Assembly (NCBI GenBank): GCA_049303795.1
Contig: JBAQNM010000008.1
Location: forward strand, 18,288-82,287
DNA: 64,000 nt
From: Candidatus Moraniibacteriota bacterium
GTDB taxonomy: Bacteria > Patescibacteriota > Minisyncoccia > Moranbacterales > UBA2206
Reading direction: 5' to 3'
Shown here: positions 10,301 to 20,414 of the stretch, one piece after another
How the letters are laid out: every line of letters starts with the position of its first letter
Numbering within the stretch: position 1 is the stretch's first letter
The notes under the pieces: model-generated
The model's database searches: none
Told to the model about the DNA's origin: nothing
What the model saw: the letters and a program-made list of their open reading frames with translations, nothing else
Made by a program: the position numbers and the translations under genes

Positions 10301-10855
10301 TTAGGTTAGTTTTCTTCGATCAATTTTTTCAAAAGTTTCTAAATGCTTGAGAGCGACAAACCAAGCCTTCCCCACAAATAATTCATCTTGGTACCACCAC
10401 CCTAATTCTCCTTTCTTCCTTCTGAATACATAGCCTTTTTGCTTAAGCAATTTCCCAACAGTAACTTCATTTAATTCTCTCCAGGGTATTTCATTCCCCA
10501 TTCCGACCCAGTAAGCTAAACGAATTTTCTTTTTTAATGATTCGATAAAGTTTACCAATGGCGGGCAATCTTCCTGTCCTTTTTTATGCTTCTCAGAAGA
10601 ATTGGACAAATATTTTTTGTACTCCGAGTCAAGACTAGCGAGCAAATATAGAGCTTCTTCATATGCCGCATATTCTGCTTTTTCAGCCATTTCCATTCTC
10701 TTTTCGAGGTGTATCGCTTCTTTTTTAATAAGCAATCCGTCTTCATTACATTTGCTTATTATCATATCAAGCTGAGAAACAAGCATTCTCATGAATTTAT
10801 CCATAATAAAATCGTTATGGAGCTCTAATCCCAACACATTCTTTAGCTTTTTCAT
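10301..10855 (-). CDS. Hypothetical protein
   Basis: 184-aa ORF; no recognisable motif. Confidence 0.35.
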   Translation of the reverse strand: MKKLKNVLGLELHNDFIMDKFMRMLVSQLDMIISKCNEDGLLIKKEAIHLEKRMEMAEKAEYAAYEEALYLLASLDSEYKKYLSNSSEKHKKGQEDCPPLVNFIESLKKKIRLAYWVGMGNEIPWRELNEVTVGKLLKQKGYVFRRKKGELGWWYQDELFVGKAWFVALKHLETFEKIDRRKLT

Positions 10856-10993
10856 TGCTTTTTCTCCCCAATTATGTTTTTAAAAAACTATGACATTAAA
10901 AAATAGCACCCTATTTATTATTTGTCAAAATAAAAAGCGGGTATTGGCTATTAGCCTCACCGCTTAGGGGGAAAATCACATCACAACATCAGA

Positions 10994-11530
10994 CTAACAC
11001 CGATCAATCGCATGGGTGAAAGTTTTTTTCTTCTTGTTTTCCAGTTTCGGAACAACAAAAAATTCATCATCCTGCGCGTAGGTAATACCTTCAATCACGG
11101 GACGCTCGGCAAGCAAAGCTTGGCGATCAACCTCTTCGATGATTCGGATAAAATCATCATTGCCCGTTTCTTTGAGCAAGGCGATCACTTCTTCATCGGT
11201 CAGTTTTGTCTCAACACGCGGAGGAGTTAAACGCCAGCCAAAAATTCCGGAATTAAGCGCAATCGTCCGCAACTCTTTTGTCAATTGAGCTTTGCGGGGA
11301 TTGGCGAAAGCGAATAAGGAATTAATTTTGGCATCCCTCTCAACCACCAGCGGCCGTAGCTTCTTCGTAGCCGCCAATTTCAATTCGGCGATCCTCTCTT
11401 TCAATTCTTTTTCAATTGCATTGATCTTGTTCTGGCTATCACCTAATTGACCCAAAACAACATCAGCCTCTGTAATCGAATGCGGAACAACAGTTTTGGA
11501 CTTCTTAATACGAGTGATTGTCTTTACCAT
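10994..11530 (-). CDS. Bacteriophage Mu Gam-like host-nuclease inhibitor family protein
   Basis: Coiled-coil N-terminus followed by conserved region (KINAIEKELKERIAELKLAATKKLRPLVVERDAKINSLFAFANP) resembling Gam family; downstream hairpin terminator at about 10925-10960. Confidence 0.5.
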   Translation of the reverse strand: MVKTITRIKKSKTVVPHSITEADVVLGQLGDSQNKINAIEKELKERIAELKLAATKKLRPLVVERDAKINSLFAFANPRKAQLTKELRTIALNSGIFGWRLTPPRVETKLTDEEVIALLKETGNDDFIRIIEEVDRQALLAERPVIEGITYAQDDEFFVVPKLENKKKKTFTHAIDRC

Positions 11531-11686
11531 TTTTAAATCCTCCTAAGTAGATGTGTGATTTTTGTTTGCACCATATGTGCGGATATCAAAGTACTATTTG
11601 CACTTTAGCGCAACTATGCTATATTGATAATGTGTCGTCGACGCTCGACAAATAACTGCTAATTCGCTCATAAATCACATAAAATT

Positions 11687-12445
11687 ATGCAAAATATCAA
11701 AGGTATTCTCGCTAGTATCAATATTCCAATCTCAGCTCAAGAAATCTATATTGCACTTTTGGAAAATGGCAAAGCTACCGCACGCGTGCTCTCCCATCGC
11801 ACAGGCATCACACGCACATCAATCTATGATCAGATAAAAATTCTTCGCACCAAAGGATTGATTGTTGAACGCTCTATCGAAGGCACTACTATTTTTGAAA
11901 TTGGAGATGCTCGTCAATTGTCCATCCTACTTAACGAACAAGCAGAAAAATTACAAGAGCAACAAAACTTTTTGAAAAAAAATATCACTAATCTGATTAA
12001 TAAATCTCAATCACTACAGCCAAAAATCCGCTTTTTCGAAGGACAGGATGGAGTGAAGCAGTTGTTCAAAGACATTCTCTGGCACGATAACATCACGCTC
12101 TATTTATATTGGCCCTATGAGCAAATGCTTGAATATCTAGGAGAAGATTTCCTACTTTGGTTTAGCAGCAGAAGGAAGGCTCATAATATTCCCATTAAAA
12201 CTATCTGGGGTAATAAAAATGAAAAAATAAAAAAGCATATCTTTACTGATGACGATAAAGATGTGGAACGTCGCTATCTCATACAAAAAGATATTTCTTC
12301 GATGGGTTATATTATTTATGATAAAAAAGTGGCTTTCATAAGTTCATCCAAAGAATCTTTTGGATTTATAGTAGAAAGTATTGAATTTACTAATTTGCAA
12401 AAAATGCAGTTTGATATTTTGTGGAATACTGCTAAGAAAAAATAA
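11687..12445 (+). CDS. TrmB-family HTH transcriptional regulator
   Basis: N-terminal wHTH LENGKATARVLSHRTGITRTSIYDQIKILRTKGLIVE; paralogous to 37306, 57545 and 58352. Confidence 0.55.
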   Translation: MQNIKGILASINIPISAQEIYIALLENGKATARVLSHRTGITRTSIYDQIKILRTKGLIVERSIEGTTIFEIGDARQLSILLNEQAEKLQEQQNFLKKNITNLINKSQSLQPKIRFFEGQDGVKQLFKDILWHDNITLYLYWPYEQMLEYLGEDFLLWFSSRRKAHNIPIKTIWGNKNEKIKKHIFTDDDKDVERRYLIQKDISSMGYIIYDKKVAFISSSKESFGFIVESIEFTNLQKMQFDILWNTAKKK

Positions 12446-12584
12446 AAAGAAGAAAACTGCTCAGACACAGCTTTCTGTTAAGCGGTTATTTTTTAAATTT
12501 ACATCGGTCTTTTGACTAAATTACTATTGTCATATTCATCTTTCCCCATAAGTGCTATTATTAAAATAAATTAATTTACAGCAA

Positions 12585-14342
12585 ATGAATAAAGCGGTTT
12601 ATAAATTCATATTTCGTACCTATGGACATAGCTTCAACCAATGGATTGGTTTTTTTGCCGAAATTTTTCGCGTATCTGTCATGCGAGTATACATAGCAAT
12701 TGCAATAGCTCAGGTCACTTCTAATGTTGCTTCAGGAAATTTTGACGCCGCAAAAAAACATACACTCTATTTCTTTTTCGCATATTTGACAGCGGCCTTG
12801 GTCGGAACATTTGGCGAATGGCTATCCGTACGAACAGAAAGCAGACAATATGCAAAATTATCAGCAGCCTTCTATCAAAAATTAGCAGGTAAAGATCTCT
12901 CCTTTTATCGGGACAACCAGACGGGTTATTTGACAAGTATTTTTAGACAACACCTAGATGCATCAATGCTCCTACTTCGCTTTTTTCGTGGCGAAGCATT
13001 GGGAGCGTTTATCACGCTCACCGTTCCGCCAATTGTTTTGTTTTTTGTATCTCCCCAAATTGGACTAATTGCGATTGCGATTGTTTTTGTTCAATTTATT
13101 TATGTTTTATGGTCATCCTCAAAAGTAGGCAAATATCGCGAAATTTCTCATGAAATGTATCGTAAAACAACTGGGGAAGTTTCCGATATAATAACCAATA
13201 TTGTCGCTTTCAAATCAGGTGGCGTGGAAGATAAGGCCAGATGTCAAATGACTGAATTGGCAAAACAAGAAGCAAAAGCATTTGATGCTCGACGTAAATT
13301 ATCCGCGCTATTAGATCTGCCAAGAAATATAATAACAGCCTGCGGAATCACAATAGCTGTTTATCTTATTGTATCTAACTCTTCCAGTGCCAATCCTCAA
13401 TCTCTTGGTCTGATTGTCTTGACGTTAACATACATGTTTCAGATAATTCGTAGCGTTGACATATTGCCCTTGCTAATCACAACTCATGATGATCTAGTTA
13501 CCAAGCTTTATCCCACCCTAACTTATCTAGATAAAAAATATGAAACAATATCCGATCCAGCCAAGCCCGTAAATTTATCAATCACAAAAGGAGCAATTAA
13601 TATTAATAAAATTAATTTCAGCTATCCATCACATTCAAATAAAAATAAAAAAATACCTGTTTTTAAAAATCTTACAATGAATATTAAAGGTGGTGAACAG
13701 ATTGGCATTGTAGGATTAAGTGGCGCTGGAAAAAGCACACTAGCAAGTTTAATCCTTAGATTCGACGAGATAGACGGTGGCTCAATTAAAATTGATGGCA
13801 TCGACATCCGCGATGTGAAACAAAGCGAACTGCGCCAAAAGATAGCCTATGTTCCTCAAGAGCCCTTGCTTTTTCACAGAAGTATCAAAGAAAATATCGC
13901 TTATTATAACTGCGACACAAGCGACGAAGATATTATCTTGGCTGCCAAAGCGGCTCATGCACATGAGTTTATAGAAAAACTACCCGATGGCTATGACACG
14001 ATCGTCGGTGAAAGAGGAGTCAAATTAAGTGGTGGACAAAAGCAAAGAGTGGCAATCGCTCGCGCCATTCTCAAAAAAGCACCTATTATGATTTTTGATG
14101 AAGCGACTAGTGCGCTCGATAGTGAAAGCGAACAAATCATACAACGAGCACTACCCGAAATTATTGGAAAACAGACAGCCATAGTTGTAGCACATCGGCT
14201 AAGTACTATCGCAGGACTTGATCGTATAATTGTTATGCATGAAGGCAAAATCGTTGAATCGGGAAAGCATGAAGAATTATTGACTTTGGGCGGTCGTTAT
14301 TGTTCTTTATGGAAAAAACAAACTTCAGAATTTGTTGTTTAA
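12585..14342 (+). CDS. ABC transporter, fused permease/ATP-binding protein (exporter type)
   Basis: Six N-terminal TM helices; Walker A GLSGAGKST; signature LSGGQKQR; Walker B IMIFDEATSALD. Confidence 0.85.
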   Translation: MNKAVYKFIFRTYGHSFNQWIGFFAEIFRVSVMRVYIAIAIAQVTSNVASGNFDAAKKHTLYFFFAYLTAALVGTFGEWLSVRTESRQYAKLSAAFYQKLAGKDLSFYRDNQTGYLTSIFRQHLDASMLLLRFFRGEALGAFITLTVPPIVLFFVSPQIGLIAIAIVFVQFIYVLWSSSKVGKYREISHEMYRKTTGEVSDIITNIVAFKSGGVEDKARCQMTELAKQEAKAFDARRKLSALLDLPRNIITACGITIAVYLIVSNSSSANPQSLGLIVLTLTYMFQIIRSVDILPLLITTHDDLVTKLYPTLTYLDKKYETISDPAKPVNLSITKGAININKINFSYPSHSNKNKKIPVFKNLTMNIKGGEQIGIVGLSGAGKSTLASLILRFDEIDGGSIKIDGIDIRDVKQSELRQKIAYVPQEPLLFHRSIKENIAYYNCDTSDEDIILAAKAAHAHEFIEKLPDGYDTIVGERGVKLSGGQKQRVAIARAILKKAPIMIFDEATSALDSESEQIIQRALPEIIGKQTAIVVAHRLSTIAGLDRIIVMHEGKIVESGKHEELLTLGGRYCSLWKKQTSEFVV

Positions 14343-14547
14343 TTTTTCATTCAAGCAACTTCGTTTGACTTAGTCTGCAAAAAACACCTCCTCAATTGTG
14401 CTTTCCAGCGCCTTTGCAATTTCAAAAACTAATTTTAAAGAAAGATTATATTTATTGGACAATTATTTTTTTCATTTTTTTAAATTTAACGATTAACTAT
14501 TTTAATTATACAACAAAACATAAAACTGCACATCAGGCATTTTCTGA

Positions 14548-15147
14548 CTAAAACGACCCTGTTTTCACTTCACCTGCGCGCTCATAATTGGCAAAAATGA
14601 CTCCGCTTGGAGAAACCTTACTATTCGTTAGTTTGAATGCCGCGGGAATAGTGCCTTTGGCAAACAAGCGCTTTCCTTGTCCTAGTGTTACAGGAAATAT
14701 TTTAAGCCAAAACTCATCGACCAAGTCATGCTTCATAAGCGTCTGGACAAGAATGCCACTGCCATAGACATACAAATTCGGTCCACTTTCTTGCTTGAGT
14801 TTTTTTATTTCTTGGAAAGCATCATCACCTTTTAGAAAAATCGAATTTTTCCAACTATGTTTTTCAAGCGTATTTGAAACAACATACTTTTTCACATCAT
14901 TAACACCAGGCCACCCGGCTTCGTGCTCTGGCCAGTATGAAGCAAATATTTCAAAAGTTTTTCTTCCCAAAAGCAATTCAAATGGCTGTGACATCTGCTC
15001 GCTCATAACCTTGCCCGAAAAATCGTCAAAATAAGGCACCGTCCAACCGCCAAATTTGAAACCACCAGAAGTATCTTCCTTTTGTCCGCCGGGCGCTTGA
15101 ATTATCCCGTCGAGTGTAATGAATTCTAATACAATTATTTTTCTCAT
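14548..15147 (-). CDS. Dihydrofolate reductase family protein (RibD C-terminal domain-like)
   Basis: MRKIIVLEFITLDGIIQAPGG opening typical of the YwjB/RibD_C DHFR-like family. Confidence 0.6.
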   Translation of the reverse strand: MRKIIVLEFITLDGIIQAPGGQKEDTSGGFKFGGWTVPYFDDFSGKVMSEQMSQPFELLLGRKTFEIFASYWPEHEAGWPGVNDVKKYVVSNTLEKHSWKNSIFLKGDDAFQEIKKLKQESGPNLYVYGSGILVQTLMKHDLVDEFWLKIFPVTLGQGKRLFAKGTIPAAFKLTNSKVSPSGVIFANYERAGEVKTGSF

Positions 15148-15180
15148 ATGATTATTATCTCAAAAAAATAATTAGAATAC

Positions 15181-15672
15181 TTATTCCTGTTCATAGGCCG
15201 TCTTCAAGTCAGCGATAATAATCTTCTTCATCTTGAGCATCGCTTTCATAACCCTTCCTGCTTTTTGTTGGTCCGGATCTGCCAACATTTCTTCAAGAAT
15301 TAACGGCGTGACCTGCCAGGATAATCCATATTTATCCTTGAGCCATCCGCAAATTTGGGATTTTTTGTCTCCGCCTTCAGTTAGCTTGTTCCAATAATAA
15401 TCAACCTCATTCTGGTCTTTGCACTCGATGATAAAAGAAACGGCCTCTGTGAATTTGAATGGAGGGCCGCCGTTTATGGCGGTAAATTTCTGACCTTCCA
15501 TCTCAAACTCAATTGTCATTATTTCCCCAGCTTTCTTTCCGGAAACTTCTTCCGCTTCTTTCAGATATCGCGTAATTTTTCCAATCTTTGAATTTTTAAA
15601 AATAGAAACATAAAAATTGACTGCCTCTTCGGCTTCGTGGTCATACCACAAAAATGGAGTTATTTTTTGCAT
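15181..15672 (-). CDS. VOC-superfamily protein (PhnB-like)
   Basis: MQKITPFLWYDHEAEEAVNFYVSIFKNSKI matches the PhnB/3-demethylubiquinone-9 methyltransferase-like glyoxalase-fold family. Confidence 0.55.
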   Translation of the reverse strand: MQKITPFLWYDHEAEEAVNFYVSIFKNSKIGKITRYLKEAEEVSGKKAGEIMTIEFEMEGQKFTAINGGPPFKFTEAVSFIIECKDQNEVDYYWNKLTEGGDKKSQICGWLKDKYGLSWQVTPLILEEMLADPDQQKAGRVMKAMLKMKKIIIADLKTAYEQE

Positions 15673-15725
15673 ATATTTGATCTTAAATAAATTAAACTAC
15701 GCTTTGCTTTTTACCTAGGCATTGA

Positions 15726-16118
15726 TCATTTAGCTTTCCAATCAGTTGCCTGCATCAGAGCGAAGCGATTACCTTCAGGATCTTTCACGCTCGCAAACCA
15801 ACCCACACCAGGCAACTCTGATTTTTCCCTCGTGATAGTTCCGCCATTGGCCTTTACCGCTGCCACCGCCGAATCAATATCCGGCACATCGATTGTGCAA
15901 TCAAAAGTATAGAGCTTGTCATCAGCTGGACGCTTATACATCCCGCCATCGATACCGGGAGTTCCTTTTTCCCCGGTCATCACCATCCAATAGTCCATCA
16001 TGCCACTATTTTTTTCATCCATATACTTCTCAATCTTCCAACCTAAAACATTCTCGTAAAATTTTTTGGCACGCTCTACATCATCAGCTTGAATTTCAAA
16101 ATGTATTACTCTGTTCAT
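15726..16118 (-). CDS. VOC family protein (glyoxalase/bleomycin-resistance fold)
   Basis: MNRVIHFEIQADDVERAKKFYENVLGWKIEKY, typical VOC opening. Confidence 0.6.
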   Translation of the reverse strand: MNRVIHFEIQADDVERAKKFYENVLGWKIEKYMDEKNSGMMDYWMVMTGEKGTPGIDGGMYKRPADDKLYTFDCTIDVPDIDSAVAAVKANGGTITREKSELPGVGWFASVKDPEGNRFALMQATDWKAK

Positions 16119-16378
16119 ATTTTTTCACCTTATTAATCCCGCCAGGCGGGACTTTCGTTTGATACGAAATTTTTAATAAGATATGTTAATAATTAGTCTG
16201 CTTGTATTTAAATTAAATAATTTGCATACACATAAAAAAACAAAAAACAACCACCTCAGGCGGTTGTCCTAAAAAACTGCCAGACAAATTAATCTTTCTT
16301 GAAGATAATTCCCCTGACCTCTTGCATACAGAAAAAAGTCAAACTATTACACACCGCCTAAGCACTTCTTTTATTACG

Positions 16379-16615
16379 CTATTTGGTAGATTTATATTTC
16401 AAAAGACGAAAAAGTCCTTTGGATGGTTTATAGACCTCGTTAGGAAATTTTTCTACAAGCTTCCAGACACATCCATTGATCGTTTTGGGATGAAAGTTAG
16501 CATTAGATGTTTTAATTTCTGAGATCAATTCTGACCAATGCAAACCCTCCGGATGCTGCCTAAGCAACTCCAGTGCCATCGCATTTATAGCTCCTGTAAT
16601 TGTGGACTTGGTCAT
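16379..16615 (-). CDS. Small winged-helix-like protein
   Basis: 78-aa ORF; putative wHTH; weak evidence. Confidence 0.3.
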   Translation of the reverse strand: MTKSTITGAINAMALELLRQHPEGLHWSELISEIKTSNANFHPKTINGCVWKLVEKFPNEVYKPSKGLFRLLKYKSTK

Positions 16616-16665
16616 ATTTCTAAGCTTTTTAATACCTCAATTAGAAAATATTCAAACTTTGTAAA

Positions 16666-17472
16666 TCATTTATTTTTAAACCTTGTCATAATAACAACTT
16701 CTTTTTCATGAATATAGCCATTCTTGTCTTGTCTTTTGATAAAAAAATTTCTTGCACTTTCCTTAATTTCGGATGAAATATCATACAAATGCCTCATCCC
16801 TATCCATTCTAAAATCAAATTACCATTCTTATTAAGCTTTTTGTTCTTTGCGACAACACCAGAGAATATAGTGTCAAATTTTTTAATTTTACATTCATAC
16901 CCTCCAAGCCCGTCTAGTAGTGAATCGACTTCATTTCTGGATGAAGCATATTGATTGTCGGTTATTTTTTTGAGTCCGCCTAAAAAAGAATTTGTGTCGT
17001 TTACTATAAAAACCACCAAGCCATCATCGCTAAGCATCTTTTTGATTTTATCCAAATATGCATTGTTTCTGAAAGTATAAATACTATGAATCAAAAAGAT
17101 TATGTCATATTTACTTTTAGTGGAAAATTTCTCGAAGGTGCTCTTTTCTACATTAATAGGATATTTCTTTTTGGACGATTCCTTCACGCAACTTTTTACA
17201 AATTCCTCAGACGGCTCCAATAGATTGGCTCGAGTAGCAATCTTCCTTTGTTTAAATAAAGCGAGCAGATGCCTGAGTCGTTTCCCGTCACCACCACCGA
17301 TGTCTAAGATTTCAAGTTCTTTTTTATTTTTAATTTTTGGATAAATAATATCAAAAAGATTAGAAATCAATGAATCTTTCTTTCCGTAGAGTATGTTTTT
17401 GAATTCATTATATTTCAACGCTCCTTCTTTTGAATTCAAATAATTTAAATATTGGGCTTTAACATCTTTCAT
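16666..17472 (-). CDS. Class I SAM-dependent methyltransferase
   Basis: Motif I ILDIGGGDGKRL and acidic post-I motif. Confidence 0.55.
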   Translation of the reverse strand: MKDVKAQYLNYLNSKEGALKYNEFKNILYGKKDSLISNLFDIIYPKIKNKKELEILDIGGGDGKRLRHLLALFKQRKIATRANLLEPSEEFVKSCVKESSKKKYPINVEKSTFEKFSTKSKYDIIFLIHSIYTFRNNAYLDKIKKMLSDDGLVVFIVNDTNSFLGGLKKITDNQYASSRNEVDSLLDGLGGYECKIKKFDTIFSGVVAKNKKLNKNGNLILEWIGMRHLYDISSEIKESARNFFIKRQDKNGYIHEKEVVIMTRFKNK

Positions 17473-17719
17473 AAATAAATTCTATTAGTTTATTCTATTT
17501 TTGTCTAATGTTTGTATGGGCCGAGCTAATTCATAACGCAAAAAAGTGATGTCTGGCTCTTTTTCTATTTCTTCCAAGCCTTAGCTAGATAAATAAAGAG
17601 AATTAATATTAATAACAATCAACAAAATGCTTCAAACAAATTTTTGGAGCATTTTTTATTGGCGCCCACTAACTGCCGGATTAATTATATTTATAAAAAA
17701 TAAATTTTTCATAAAATTA

Positions 17720-17752
17720 ACAAAGACCGCAGGGTGATGCCGTACGGTCTTT
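17720..17752 (-). terminator. Hairpin terminator
   Basis: aaagaccgcagggtgatgccgtacggtcttt downstream of gene 17796-18710. Confidence 0.45.
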
Positions 17753-17795
17753 ATAAATTTGAGATTCTATTTTTAAATCTTAAAAAATACGCTTT

Positions 17796-18710
17796 CTAGT
17801 TTAGAATGAATTCGATGAATACTGGCAAGTGGTCGCTGATTTTTCTGGCGACAGACAAATCGGAAAATGATGGGACAAAATCTAGGATGCCAACTTGGCA
17901 AATGGTAATATTACCACGAACAAAAATATTATCGTATTCTCTCATGTAATAATTACCGTCTTTCAATTTGCTTTTTAAGGAAGTTTTCCCTTCGATTTGG
18001 TGCCTAAAATTCAACTGATTCTCAAAGACTGAATTTAACTTCTCGTGGCCTAAATTAAAGTCTCCTACAATAATTGCATTATTCGCAGGAAAAACATCTG
18101 GGTTATGGCCAAGCGCAATCACCTCATTCAATGGATTTTTTTTCGTGGGAACCAAATGAAAACTCATCAAGCTGAAAGATTTGTCGTTAACTTTAAAAAA
18201 CATCTTGGCCGGCTCTCTTTCCAAACTATCTTCCAAGGAGTTGATTAAATTTGCTGACCTTGGTAAGGCATTAATACGTCTTGTTTTCCAAAGAAAGCCA
18301 AAACGCTCTCTCCCTTTGCTTTTGTGGGTCGAATTACTTATCACATAATCCCACTTGTTTCCTTTTCGATTCAGATCATCAGCCAAACGAGCCACTGCTT
18401 GAGCGCCAAAATCAGAAGTGCTAACTTCTTGAATGGCAATCAGATCAGCTTCTCGAAACATCTCAGCTATAAACTCCAGTTCTTCGGCTGACTTTGACTT
18501 GCCAAAATTTCCGCCGTTAAAAGAAACTAAAACCAAACTATTCCTTGCACCATTCAACCTTATTATTTTTGTAACATATGGAGATTTAGCTTGGTTGGTC
18601 TGGGTTGCGGCAGTGGTTAAAACTTTGGAGTTTTTTTCAGTGGTTTCTTTTTGGCAGCCAGTCCCAAAAAGTAGTGCAAGAATCAATAAGAATATCGATA
18701 TTTTTTTCAA
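17796..18710 (-). CDS. Endonuclease/exonuclease/phosphatase (EEP) family lipoprotein
   Basis: Signal peptide plus lipobox LLFGTGC; EEP-like conserved Asp/His-containing blocks (GDFNLGHEK, SDHLPV). Confidence 0.55.
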   Translation of the reverse strand: MKKISIFLLILALLFGTGCQKETTEKNSKVLTTAATQTNQAKSPYVTKIIRLNGARNSLVLVSFNGGNFGKSKSAEELEFIAEMFREADLIAIQEVSTSDFGAQAVARLADDLNRKGNKWDYVISNSTHKSKGRERFGFLWKTRRINALPRSANLINSLEDSLEREPAKMFFKVNDKSFSLMSFHLVPTKKNPLNEVIALGHNPDVFPANNAIIVGDFNLGHEKLNSVFENQLNFRHQIEGKTSLKSKLKDGNYYMREYDNIFVRGNITICQVGILDFVPSFSDLSVARKISDHLPVFIEFILN

Positions 18711-18873
18711 TTTTTTTCTCCTTCTCTTTTTTAGTTATCAATGAGCATTCAAATTTAACAATCCAACATAGTATATTAATTAATTAAAGTCAAGAAGAGA
18801 GAAATAAAAAAGCTACGCCATTATTTAGATAATAGGTAGCTCTTTTCTGTTGTTGGGTTAAAAATTCAAAAAA

Positions 18874-19596
18874 TTATTTTTTCTTTCCTGAACGCCGCTT
18901 TGCTTCTTCGATTGCCGCTTTGGCTGAAGATTCAACTGCATCAACAGCGATGACGGCTTTTCGAAGGATAACCAGGATGGCCGGCGGGACATTTTTTTTC
19001 AAAATCCAATGGTCAACTTCGGATATATTAATACCCGAATCTCTGCGTGAATAACTGGCCAGTTCCTGGGAACGTCTTAAGAACAGATCCTCAATCATTT
19101 TTTCTTGCGCCGGTAGCATATGGACATGAAACCGAGAAGCCCTGTGTGCTTGAATAAGTATATCAAATGCAAGTCCAGATTCTTCAGTAATCTTGTATTC
19201 CCAGTGCCGCAGAACTTCTTTTAAAATTGCCGCTTTTGTTTTTTGCAAAACTGGGTGCAGTTGTGAAGCAGGTCCTGGCCCCTCAGCAAATAGATACAGC
19301 TTTTGATAAATTTTTTTCAGATAATGCAGTAACTCGGCATTTATTCGCTTTTCTTCTTTTTTCTCTGTAATTATCATTTCACGATAAGTCCTGACAATCT
19401 TGGGGATGAGCCATTCACCCATGAAGTCATTTTCCAAGCGATGATCATGGGCCTGCGTTGCCAGCTCAAAAACTTTTTCCAGGTGATGTAGTTTTTCTTT
19501 TGAGCTGGATATTCTTGGATTGAAAAGGTAGCCCATAATTACACCAGCCGGGTTTTCTTCGAATTCTTTTTTGTCTCTGTCATAACGATCGTACAT
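18874..19596 (-). CDS. Hypothetical protein
   Basis: 240-aa ORF. Confidence 0.35.
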   Translation of the reverse strand: MYDRYDRDKKEFEENPAGVIMGYLFNPRISSSKEKLHHLEKVFELATQAHDHRLENDFMGEWLIPKIVRTYREMIITEKKEEKRINAELLHYLKKIYQKLYLFAEGPGPASQLHPVLQKTKAAILKEVLRHWEYKITEESGLAFDILIQAHRASRFHVHMLPAQEKMIEDLFLRRSQELASYSRRDSGINISEVDHWILKKNVPPAILVILRKAVIAVDAVESSAKAAIEEAKRRSGKKK

Positions 19597-20414
19597 GGTT
19601 TTTCCTCCTTACAGTTTAACTGCGATTTCTTCTTGCGCGTACGCAAAAAGTCCAAATCACTGTTCGTAAACAGCGTTCAGAAAGTTTATTAAAATTTTTA
19701 AAAAACACACTTTCTAAATATAAATGGAAGAAAGCTTTCCATCATAGCATATTATTATTATAAAGTCAAGAAAATGTACAGTTAACACCTATTAACTATT
19801 AACCAATGAATATGCCAAAGGGAAGAGAAATTACCCCTTTATAAAAGGAGAAAATCGAAGTATATTTAATAAATTCAAGCCTATAAATTTGCCCAAAGAT
19901 AAAAAAGAACTAGAGCTTTTATACTCTAATTATCCAGTTCTGCTCTCAATAGCTGATATATTCAGAAGTTTAAATCTTAATAAATTTGAATTGGATATGC
20001 AATTGCTAAATTTCACAGTATAAAAACAGAAGACCCACCATTGACACAGATGAGTTCTCTGTTGGTGGGTTGCTAAATCATTTATCGCTTATTTAATGAT
20101 GCGAATAAACTCGAAGGTGGCATCATACGTCTCATTAAATCCAGGCTTTGGCTCGGCAAGTGGCATAAATAATGGTTGTATAGAAAATAGAAACGCAAGA
20201 CCCATCCGCCTAATTTCTTGACTACTTGCTTAGTAGAAAAGGCGGTCACTACCAAGGCAATCGCCATAACCCAAAAACAAGTAACGATAAATAATAAATG
20301 AATGCTTGTCATAACTTGATTTGCTATATCATAAATTTAAGTATTATTTAAAGTAGATTGAAGAATTATTGCAATAATGAGTTTTATGAATTTAGGCGAA
20401 ATTACATCAAATAA

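Noticed and set aside
20082-20312. 76-aa ORF at the right repeat copy
   Set aside because: Hydrophobic junk. Only its last ~20 codons (in a different frame) correspond to the duplicated C-terminus of gene 9553-9870.
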